Source: Candidatus Sysuiplasma jiujiangense | GTDB taxonomy: Archaea > Thermoplasmatota > Thermoplasmata > Sysuiplasmatales > Sysuiplasmataceae | Length of the DNA: 34,805 bases | Direction: 5' to 3' | Assembly: GCA_019721075.1 (NCBI GenBank) | Contig: JAHEAD010000008.1 | Location: 62,001 to 96,805 of the forward strand | Shown: one piece after another, positions 26,986 to 34,805 of the stretch | Position numbering within the stretch: the first letter of the stretch is position 1 | How the letters are laid out: the number at the start of each line of letters is the position of its first letter | The notes under the pieces: model-generated | Database searches by the model: none | Seen by the model: the letters and a program-made list of their open reading frames with translations, nothing else | Told to the model about the DNA's origin: nothing | Made by a program: the position numbers and the translations under genes

Positions 26986-27825
26986 ATGCTTCTTGGAGCT
27001 CATGTTGGCATAGGGGGCGGATTCTCGAAAGCCGTATCGTCCGGCATATCTATTAACGCGGATGCAATTCAGGTGTTCACCAGGAATCAGATGCAGTGGA
27101 AGGCAAAACCTATCGATGAAGGTGATGCCGAACTTTTCAAAACTGCATTCCGGGAAAGCGGATTGAAGAGTGTCGTCGCCCACGGTTCATATCTTACAAA
27201 TCTGGCAAGCAGCGAACAAACCACGGCCGATAAATCGGTCGAGGCGGTTATCGACGAAATTTGCAGATGTGACCTTCTTGGCATACACACTTATGTTTTC
27301 CACCCCGGCAGCCATGTTGGTGCTGGTGAGGAAAAAGGACTCAGAAGAGAGGCGGAAAATCTAATAAAGATACTTGATGCAACATCCGGTTGTAAGGTCA
27401 AACTCGCACTTGAAACGATGGCCGGCCAGGGGAATATCATCTGCAGCAGGCTGGAATCCATTGCTGAAGTCCTGAAGAGCGTGGACTCAGTGAGGCTGGG
27501 TGTCTGCGTGGATACTTGCCACATCTTTGCAGCCGGTTACGACATAACAGATAAATCCGGATTTGACAGGTTTATGAACAGTTTCAGAAAAACAATAGGC
27601 ATTAGAAGGCTGATTGCGGTACATCTGAACGACTCAAAAACAGAACTTGGCAGTCATGTAGACCGGCACGAGAATATAGGAAAGGGGAAAATTGGAATTG
27701 CAGGGTTCCGGGCCGTTATGAACACTGATGCTCTGTCAAAAATTCCGATGCTGCTTGAAACACCGGGGGGGGAAAGGGTCTATGCGCGCGAAATCAGGCT
27801 CCTCCGGGGGCTTGTGAAGAAGTGA
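26986..27825 (+). CDS. nfo: Endonuclease IV (AP endonuclease)
   Basis: LGAHV, AHGSYLTNL, FHPGS, LETMAGQG, CVDTCH, HLNDSK, DRHENIG.G and LETP motifs. Confidence 0.95.
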   Translation: MLLGAHVGIGGGFSKAVSSGISINADAIQVFTRNQMQWKAKPIDEGDAELFKTAFRESGLKSVVAHGSYLTNLASSEQTTADKSVEAVIDEICRCDLLGIHTYVFHPGSHVGAGEEKGLRREAENLIKILDATSGCKVKLALETMAGQGNIICSRLESIAEVLKSVDSVRLGVCVDTCHIFAAGYDITDKSGFDRFMNSFRKTIGIRRLIAVHLNDSKTELGSHVDRHENIGKGKIGIAGFRAVMNTDALSKIPMLLETPGGERVYAREIRLLRGLVKK

Positions 27826-29194
27826 TGCTTGAATATATTTCCAGATACTTCTTTGCAGAAACTTCCCATGAGAAATCACGTCCCATGCAGTTTCCCACAA
27901 CCGACCTCCATAACTCAGGGGAGGAATAAACAGAGACTGCTTCGGAAAGTGCATCTGCGAGCTGTTCATGATTTTCATCAACAAAGACGAACCCCTCCCC
28001 TTCGCCCGTATCCTGATCGAACTGGGATACCGAGTCCGCAAGTCCTCCTGTCTTTCTAACAACAGGGACGGTTCCGTATCGCATGCTTATCATCTGGCTC
28101 AGACCGCATGGTTCGAATCTTGATGGCATTACAAATATGTCCCCTCCTGCGTAAAGCCGATGCGCCAGCCTTTCGTCGAACCGCAGGACAGCCCTTATAC
28201 CGGGTGTCGAGGAGGCTATGTCACGTATCCTCTTCATGAGGTCCTCGTCACCTGTTCCCAGAACAATCAGCTGGAAGCCGTCTTCTATTTCGCCGAGCGC
28301 GTCAAGCAGCAGGTCAATGCCTTTCTGTCTCCACAGTCTCCCAATCGATACGATCAGGGGTCTTCTTACCTGGGGAAGCGAGAATTCTCTCTGAACACGG
28401 CTTTTGCATACAGACTTGCCGGAAATATCACCCCTGCTGTAGTTCGAAGGTATCATAGTATCGGTTGCAGGATTCCACATGTTGTAGTCGATGCCGTTGA
28501 GAACTCCCCTCAGCTTGTAACTTTCCTTTCTGAGTATTCCGTCCATTTTAAAACCGTATTCCGGCGTCTGAATTTCCCGGCTGTAACTGGGACTTACGGT
28601 AACGAGTGCGTCGGAATAAACGATTCCTGCCTTCATTGAACTTACATTTCCATAAAATTCAATGCCATCGATGAAGAAATACGAGTGATCTATACCTATA
28701 GTATCCATGAGCGAAGGGCTGTAGTTACCCTGGAATTCAAGATTGTGAATAGTGAACACGGAGCGTACGGAGGCTCTGTTCTGCTTGAGAAGCAGTGGCA
28801 CATATCCTGTCTGCCAGTCGTTGCAGTGTGCTATTTCATAGTTACCGCCGGATATCAGTTTGGCAGAAGCCGCCGAAAAATGGGCGAACCTTACAGGATC
28901 GTCCTCATATCCATACATCCGTGGTCTGCCGAATAGCTCGGGATTCCTTATCTTCAGTGCACGCCACGATCCTACATTCTCAGCTGAGATCTTGAATACC
29001 AGTCCGTTCAGGCTGATGGTTTCAGCCTGTTCATTTGGCACTGATGTCCCGCCGTCTGCATTGTAATCAGGTGTTATGACATCGACAGAATGCCCCATGG
29101 AAGAAAGCGTGTTGGAAAGCGAGTATACATAATCTGCAAGGCCCCCTGTCTTTGAAAACGGAAGCGCTTCAGCGGATACTACTGCAATTTTCAT
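27794..29194 (-). CDS. glgA: Glycogen synthase (GT5)
   Basis: E..PFSKTGGLAD, NDWQTG, FTIHNL.FQG, VSPSY..EI, NGID...WNP, MPSRFEPCGLSQ and TGGLAD motifs. True start ATG 29194. Confidence 0.95.
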   Translation of the reverse strand: MKIAVVSAEALPFSKTGGLADYVYSLSNTLSSMGHSVDVITPDYNADGGTSVPNEQAETISLNGLVFKISAENVGSWRALKIRNPELFGRPRMYGYEDDPVRFAHFSAASAKLISGGNYEIAHCNDWQTGYVPLLLKQNRASVRSVFTIHNLEFQGNYSPSLMDTIGIDHSYFFIDGIEFYGNVSSMKAGIVYSDALVTVSPSYSREIQTPEYGFKMDGILRKESYKLRGVLNGIDYNMWNPATDTMIPSNYSRGDISGKSVCKSRVQREFSLPQVRRPLIVSIGRLWRQKGIDLLLDALGEIEDGFQLIVLGTGDEDLMKRIRDIASSTPGIRAVLRFDERLAHRLYAGGDIFVMPSRFEPCGLSQMISMRYGTVPVVRKTGGLADSVSQFDQDTGEGEGFVFVDENHEQLADALSEAVSVYSSPELWRSVVGNCMGRDFSWEVSAKKYLEIYSSITSSQAPGGA

Positions 29195-29290
29195 TAACTC
29201 CCAGTCCTCATTGTAACATTGCAAAGCGTTGATCTGTTTACACTTACAGCCGATAAAGCGACCAATTATTATAATTCTCTTCGTACTGTC

Positions 29291-29710
29291 ATGCTGCATA
29301 TGACGGGATTTACACACCGGTTTCCTGTAAACTGGGTAGACACTGATGCACTTTCGGTTGTGCATTTCTCAAACTACTTCAGATATTTTGAAAAGACTGA
29401 GGATGCGTTCTACAGTAGCCTCGAATCAGAGGAAAGAGAATTGCTGAAAAGACTTCAGGTCTCTTTCCCGAGGGTGGATGTTCACTGCACCTACAGATCA
29501 CCGCTTAGATACGGGGACATTGCGGAGGTCGAGATATCCCTGGAAGGCATGACAGACAAATCCGTAAAACTGCATTTTGAAATCAGGAATGCAAGCCGAA
29601 AAGTGGATTCGGCATCAGGCCATATAACCCTCGTCTGCGTTGACACGAGTAACTGGAAGGCTGTCAGCATCCCTGAAAAGTTGAGGGAGATCTACAGGAA
29701 ACTCGGCTGA
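29291..29710 (+). CDS. YbgC/4HBT-family acyl-CoA thioesterase (hotdog fold)
   Basis: V.WVDTDA..VVHFSNYFRYFE and Y.SPLRYGD motifs. Start is ATG 29291 or 29300. Confidence 0.88.
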   Translation: MLHMTGFTHRFPVNWVDTDALSVVHFSNYFRYFEKTEDAFYSSLESEERELLKRLQVSFPRVDVHCTYRSPLRYGDIAEVEISLEGMTDKSVKLHFEIRNASRKVDSASGHITLVCVDTSNWKAVSIPEKLREIYRKLG

Positions 29711-29717
29711 GACATGC

Positions 29718-30899
29718 CTACTTCAGCGAATTTGTCCTGATCTGAACGAGAGCCATCAAAGTAGCAGCCAGAGCAGATGTGATGAAGGCATACAGATAAG
29801 ATGCAAAAATATTGAACGTGAATAAAATTCCCATAAGCAAATTGGACGAAAACAGTCCTATGCTCCTCCATGCTCCAAGACTGCCCATGCCACGCGAGAT
29901 GCGGTGTGGTGCGGCGAGCAGCGCTGCAACAACAGGTTCAAATGTTTCTATGCTTCCCGTGCCAACGCCAAGAAGAGCTGCTGAGAGATAGAAAGAAAAA
30001 AGTCCAAAGTGGTAAAGGTAGGCTATGCCTATTGACAGGGAACCTATTGCCGCAATCGAGTAGCCGAACATCCAGAGTCCTCCGGCGGGCTTCAATCTTC
30101 TCGAGCCGAAGAAATAGCCTGATAAACCCGATGCGCCGAGAAAAATTGCATAGGTGAGGAGACCTAATGAATAGCTGTTCTCGACCCTTGCGACTGTGAT
30201 TATCGGAAAACCCAGGCTGTAGTAGCTGAAACCGAAGAGACCGGCTGAGACCAGAAACAGTTTCATTGCTGAATCATTCTCCACCTGATTCACATTCTGT
30301 CCGTGAAAATTTTTGCTGAATTCCGTATTTCTGTTTTCCCTGACCAAGGAAAGAGAAAGGGACGAAACCAGTATCGGAATTACAGTAAGAAGCATAACGA
30401 GTGAGATACTGAAATTGGCATAGACAAGAAAGAAGGCTATAACAGTTGAAAGCATCCCCCCGCCCACATCCAGCAGATGCAGGAAACCAAATATCCTGGG
30501 ACGTTCCATCGTGTCTGACTGTTCGGCAAGCAATGCCCGCCTTGGAGGAGAACGGAAATTTCTTGACCACCAGCCACCAAGATAGAGACCGGAACTTTCC
30601 AGTATATTTGCAGGTAGACCGCTGAATGAAAGGAGCGGAATCAGCAGATTGCCTGCGAGGGAGAGTTTCTTTTTGCTGAACCTGTCACCGAGACGTCCTC
30701 CAATGTAAGAAAATAGCGATCCCACTCCATATGAAAATGACATCAGGAGGCCGAAAACATAGGCTGGCTGCTTCAGGATAAAAGTGACAAAAATAGGAAA
30801 GAGACCGATGACTGCCTGGTAACCCAAGTCGGCAAAGAATGCCGATAGCGATATCAACAATACTTCTCTCGTAAGCCATGCAGCTGTCTTGACAGCCAT
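29718..30899 (-). CDS. MFS transporter
   Basis: About 12 hydrophobic segments, motif A-like GGRLGDRFSKK, and R.PPR.ALL. Confidence 0.9.
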   Translation of the reverse strand: MAVKTAAWLTREVLLISLSAFFADLGYQAVIGLFPIFVTFILKQPAYVFGLLMSFSYGVGSLFSYIGGRLGDRFSKKKLSLAGNLLIPLLSFSGLPANILESSGLYLGGWWSRNFRSPPRRALLAEQSDTMERPRIFGFLHLLDVGGGMLSTVIAFFLVYANFSISLVMLLTVIPILVSSLSLSLVRENRNTEFSKNFHGQNVNQVENDSAMKLFLVSAGLFGFSYYSLGFPIITVARVENSYSLGLLTYAIFLGASGLSGYFFGSRRLKPAGGLWMFGYSIAAIGSLSIGIAYLYHFGLFSFYLSAALLGVGTGSIETFEPVVAALLAAPHRISRGMGSLGAWRSIGLFSSNLLMGILFTFNIFASYLYAFITSALAATLMALVQIRTNSLK

Positions 30900-31179
30900 A
30901 ACGGGTTCATTAACTGTTTGATATATTACGGTTGGTAAAACGGATGTTTTTAGTGCGCATCTTCTGATGGTGCCTGCGCTTCCTTCAGGTCAGAGCCTGA
31001 CAGGGGGCACCCGGAAAAGTGAAAAATGCAATAAGCTGGTTTCATTGCATTCTCGGGAATGAAAGTTGTCGTAACTTCTCTTTGGAAAGAATGATATACA
31101 GCACGATCCGTATAATACGCCGTGACGATAGCTTAAACGGTTGGATATTTAGCAGATAACGTGGGCTGGCAGTGATCAA

Positions 31180-32265
31180 ATGAAAGCGATAGTTATGGCA
31201 GCGGGAAAGGGAACGAGACTGCTGCCGATTACAGCTACAAGGCCGAAACCAATGATACCGTTATTGAATGAGCCCATACTCGACCACATGATGAAAGTTC
31301 TCAGGGAGAGCGGGGTGACAGAGGCGACCGTTCTTGTCGATTATCTCTCTGACAAGATCGTCAAGCATCTCGGCGACGGAAGCAAGTATGGCATGGAAGT
31401 TCAGTACACGACGGATAACATCAAAAGGGGTACTGCCGGGGCAGTGAAATTTGCGTCAGAGAATATCTCCGAGCCGTTTCTTGTTGTGTCAGCCGATGTG
31501 CTCACAACAATTGATCTGCGTAAATTCATCGAATCCCACCATGAACATGGGGCAGCTGTATCCATGGCACTCTCGAGTGTACGCGACCCGTCACAATTTG
31601 GTGTGGCAATACTTGATGAAAACAACCGCGTAACCAGGTTTCAGGAAAAACCGAAAAGAGAAGAGGCGTTCAGCAATCTTGTAAACGCCGGAATGTATGT
31701 TTGTGCGCCTGAGGCAATGAAACTCATACCGGCAGATCGGCCATCTGATTTTTCCAGGGATCTGTTTCCGCTGATGCTGTCAAGGAACGATCGCATCTAC
31801 GGTTTTACATTCGACAGTTACTGGAATGACATCGGTCTTCCGAGCACCTACTTGGGAGCCACAAGGGATCTTATTGAGGGACGCGTTGATGGCCAGGCAG
31901 CGGAGGAAAGCATATCAGACGACGAAGAAATGAAACACGGAAGGCTAGTGACTGGAAGCAATTGCTCTATCTCGGCATCCGTCCAGATTGAAGGCTTTGC
32001 GGTTCTCGGCGATAATGTGTCTGTGGGAAAAAACGTTAAGCTGTCACATTCGATAATCTATTCAAACACGCTTATAGGGGACAATTCAATTATATCGGAC
32101 GCAATTGTGGGGGAGGGTGTGATCCTCGGCCGTTCTGTTACCCTCGACGAAGGAGTTGTTATAGGGGACAGGACCAGAATCGGGGAGGACAGCCGCATAG
32201 GGCACAATATAAAAATCTGGGTACGTTCAAGACTCGGTTCCGGAACAAAAATGCTGCATACGTGA
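31180..32265 (+). CDS. NDP-sugar pyrophosphorylase (mannose/glucose-1-phosphate nucleotidyltransferase) with C-terminal left-handed beta-helix
   Basis: AAGKGTRLLPIT..PKP, GTAGA, FQEKP, VNAGMY and YWNDIG motifs; hexapeptide repeats. Confidence 0.92.
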   Translation: MKAIVMAAGKGTRLLPITATRPKPMIPLLNEPILDHMMKVLRESGVTEATVLVDYLSDKIVKHLGDGSKYGMEVQYTTDNIKRGTAGAVKFASENISEPFLVVSADVLTTIDLRKFIESHHEHGAAVSMALSSVRDPSQFGVAILDENNRVTRFQEKPKREEAFSNLVNAGMYVCAPEAMKLIPADRPSDFSRDLFPLMLSRNDRIYGFTFDSYWNDIGLPSTYLGATRDLIEGRVDGQAAEESISDDEEMKHGRLVTGSNCSISASVQIEGFAVLGDNVSVGKNVKLSHSIIYSNTLIGDNSIISDAIVGEGVILGRSVTLDEGVVIGDRTRIGEDSRIGHNIKIWVRSRLGSGTKMLHT

Positions 32266-32269
32266 TAAA

Positions 32270-33025
32270 ATGAGACTTTACTCGTGGGACAGATACGAAC
32301 CTCTGAAAGTGACTAATGCGGGAATTGCCATTGGCAAGTTCTTTGGCGAAAACCAGACCATCGGCACAGGAAGGGATGGCCATCCCATATCGAGGTTTAC
32401 AAGAAGATGTCTTGTCAGCGGCCTTGTGACCAAAGGAACACAAGTTCTCGACTTCAGATTGGTTCCCAGCCAGGTTCTTAGATTTGGCATCGGTAAGCAG
32501 AAACTCGACGGTGCTGTGTACGTGTCGTTTTACAGGGGAGAAGTCCAGATTCATGTGTACGACAGCGAGGGCAGGAATATGCATGCAGAAGGACTGCTCG
32601 AAATAAGAGAGCTTGCCGGGGAAACTGCAGGGGAAAGCTGCTCATCCGCCGATATCGGTTCACTGATGCAGTATACAAACGGCATAGATGACTACATAGA
32701 GCATTTGCTTCCAAAGATAAAGTCCAGGATAGCCGACAGAATGCTGATAGACACGCAGTCAGACCCGATATCACTCGTCGTTGAACCGCTAATGAAAAAA
32801 TTGGGCATAGAATACAGGATTTTCAACCCTATGCTGATAGACAGTGGTGAGACAGCCAGTAAGGAAGAATTTTTCAATGAGCTGAGGAATCAGAAATACG
32901 ATTGCGGGGCAATAATCGAAAGGGATGAGCTTCTCGGTGCCACTTTTATTGACAGAAACGGTTCTTCACGGCGTTTCGGCTCCTTCGAAGAGATGCTGAT
33001 TAAGCTTTCCGAAAAAGAAAAATGA
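32270..33025 (+). CDS. Truncated, degenerate alpha-D-phosphohexomutase-like protein
   Basis: Domain I pattern GRDG.PISR...L.SGL...G..V.DF..VP...RF, GAVYV, D.EG and DDYIEHL; lacks the SHN phosphoserine loop and DxDxD; only 251 aa. Confidence 0.75.
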   Translation: MRLYSWDRYEPLKVTNAGIAIGKFFGENQTIGTGRDGHPISRFTRRCLVSGLVTKGTQVLDFRLVPSQVLRFGIGKQKLDGAVYVSFYRGEVQIHVYDSEGRNMHAEGLLEIRELAGETAGESCSSADIGSLMQYTNGIDDYIEHLLPKIKSRIADRMLIDTQSDPISLVVEPLMKKLGIEYRIFNPMLIDSGETASKEEFFNELRNQKYDCGAIIERDELLGATFIDRNGSSRRFGSFEEMLIKLSEKEK

Positions 33026-33031
33026 GATAGG

Positions 33032-34687
33032 ATGATGCGGAAGAAATATCTTTCATTCATCTTTATTTTCCATCTGCCATGTCTGATGGGTGACGTTTCC
33101 GCATACAACGGCCAAGATTTGCTCAACGATGCGGTTTTTGAGAGTTATTTGCCGCTCATTATGTTTTTCAGAAATACGGAGCATTCTGCTGGAACGGTGC
33201 CTGTCAATCTGGCTGTATCGCCGGCGGTCACAGAAATGATGTCAAGGGGTTCATTCAGGAGAAGATTTGAAAAGTATGCAGATGATTTTGCCAGGACACT
33301 ATCAGGTGACATGAAGTTCTTCGCAGAGCATGGAAAGAAACGTCTGGTCAGGGCCGCGGAGTACTGGCTCGACAGACTGGATGGGATGATTTCACTGTAT
33401 AGCGACATAGACGGCGACATCGTTTCTGAGCTCGAGAAACTCGGTGGCAGAGGACTCGAGTTGATGGCTACGACAGCAACCAGCAACTGTATTCCCTTGA
33501 TAAGCTCCGATGTTGAAGTCAGGGCACAGATCAGGCTTGGCTTGAAATCGTTTGAAGAGACGTTCGGATATGTCCCGCACGGCTTCTGGCTGCCTTTTGC
33601 CAGGGACATATCGGCCACCTCCCATGAAAAACGTCTTGCAGACGGTACAGAGAGGACAGACTGGGTGACGGAAATACTGGCTGATGCAGGCATAAGCTAT
33701 TTTGTTGCTCAGCCTCACTGCCCGACTGCGTTGAGCATGCCGGACACTGACAGAAACACTTCAGGAGAGAAAAATACACAGTCCGAGGTGCCAAGGGGTC
33801 GTACATCAGAAACACAAATACAGGAAGTCCCACCTCGGCAAGGCGCGGGAGCAGGACGAAGATCTATCGTATCGTTTGAGGCCGACAGTGAATATGGAGA
33901 TCTGATTTTCCCTGTGACAGGCTTTCGAAAGGAGGTACCCGAATATTTAAACACGGCGAGAAGGACCTTTCCGGGAGGCATCCGCTACTGGAATAACACA
34001 GATGGTTCTGACGATTTGGAGGAACGCAATGCATACGGATATGAGACGGCAGAAGCGTTGGCTTCTGAGAAGTCGGCGATTTTTCTGGATGCCGTTCGTT
34101 CAGGAGCCTTTGGAGCGGACAGGGAGCTGGCCATAGTCCCTTTTTATACGATCTTTTCGGGAGAACCATGGCATGAAGCTCCGCTATGGATCGAAAAACT
34201 GTTCCTGAATATCGACGCCTCTGGCGTAAAGCCGACAACAGTTTCAGATTATCTGAAGATGAGCAAACCGGCAATGACGGATTCGAAGGCTGACATCGTG
34301 CGGTACGGCGAGTACGCTTTCTCAATGCTGTACAATGTGAATAGCGAACAGATTCTGAGAAGATTACATGAAACTGAGGCACGATTTGAAACCGTGCTGA
34401 CGGAAGAGTGCGGGTCAGGCGGAACTGAGTTAAGCAGAAGGGTGCTGAAACAGATGGCCAGAGAGCTTCTGATTCTCCAGAGTTCTGACTTGCAATTGCT
34501 AATATCCGAGAACAGACACAGAGAATATGCGAATAGAACAGTGCTTCACCATCTGGAACAATTCGACAGACTGGCTGAAATGTGGAAATCCGCCTACATT
34601 AGCGGGGACATGGCCAAAGAACTCGAAATGATCGAAAGGAATGATGACCTGTTCAGCTCCATCGACCTCTCAATGTGGAAGCAATAG
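33032..34687 (+). CDS. GH57 / DUF1957 glycogen branching enzyme-like protein with catalytic residues apparently substituted
   Basis: HLP, ESYLPL, AQI..G...FG..P.GFWLP and QMARELLILQSSD match the GH57 branching-enzyme layout; the catalytic Glu and Asp positions read F and Y. Confidence 0.82.
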   Translation: MMRKKYLSFIFIFHLPCLMGDVSAYNGQDLLNDAVFESYLPLIMFFRNTEHSAGTVPVNLAVSPAVTEMMSRGSFRRRFEKYADDFARTLSGDMKFFAEHGKKRLVRAAEYWLDRLDGMISLYSDIDGDIVSELEKLGGRGLELMATTATSNCIPLISSDVEVRAQIRLGLKSFEETFGYVPHGFWLPFARDISATSHEKRLADGTERTDWVTEILADAGISYFVAQPHCPTALSMPDTDRNTSGEKNTQSEVPRGRTSETQIQEVPPRQGAGAGRRSIVSFEADSEYGDLIFPVTGFRKEVPEYLNTARRTFPGGIRYWNNTDGSDDLEERNAYGYETAEALASEKSAIFLDAVRSGAFGADRELAIVPFYTIFSGEPWHEAPLWIEKLFLNIDASGVKPTTVSDYLKMSKPAMTDSKADIVRYGEYAFSMLYNVNSEQILRRLHETEARFETVLTEECGSGGTELSRRVLKQMARELLILQSSDLQLLISENRHREYANRTVLHHLEQFDRLAEMWKSAYISGDMAKELEMIERNDDLFSSIDLSMWKQ

Positions 34688-34753
34688 AAACGGATGCCGG
34701 AAGAGGCAGTATCTCCGAAGACGATCGTAACAGAAGTACTAGGATCGAATGAG

Positions 34754-34763
34754 TATATATAAG
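34754..34763 (+). promoter_or_regulatory. Candidate TATA box for a gene beyond the window
   Basis: TATATATAAG in the terminal intergenic sequence. Confidence 0.35.
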
Positions 34764-34805
34764 GAAAACAGGAAAAGCCAGCATTACACGCAGCCTCATC
34801 GACTC

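Noticed and set aside
29195..29365. N-terminal extensions in the ORF track (glgA from 29365; also 5026, 7982, 17003, 23888 and 29219)
   Set aside because: Family homology and, in some cases, SD motifs point to downstream ATGs; several extensions overlap neighbouring genes or promoters.
32270..34687. Pseudogene calls for the PMM-like and GH57-like genes
   Set aside because: The frames are uninterrupted with tight operon spacing and structural motifs are retained; a pseudoenzyme fits better than decay, though this is not proven.

Overview
Gene-dense archaeal chromosomal segment. The archaeal call rests on a proteasome beta subunit, GGTGA/GAGG Shine-Dalgarno motifs and TATA-like boxes; Thermoplasmatota-like affinity is an inference only. 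No rRNA, tRNA, CRISPR array or mobile element was seen. The left third is housekeeping: partial thrC, MBL hydrolase, uppS, OGG glycosylase, thiolase/DUF35/Hbd/acyl-CoA dehydrogenase and a NUDIX gene. Next comes a three-gene surface module whose 912-aa member has three ~100-aa Ig-like repeats plus about 9 beta-arch-like repeats with Pro-rich linkers and a 62-bp exact internal duplication. A SWIM protein, an S53 peptidase with PKD domains, DUF59, psmB and an RNase Z-like gene follow. The right half is the most unusual. A 1445-aa soluble multi-GAF histidine kinase is divergent from three tandem KaiC-family ATPases with complementary motif losses, and a stand-alone receiver lies nearby. These are interleaved with glycogen and nucleotide-sugar genes (GalT-like, glgA, NDP-sugar pyrophosphorylase) and two intact but apparently catalytically dead enzymes (phosphohexomutase-like and GH57 branching-enzyme-like). 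All calls come from reading motifs by eye; no database search was run.
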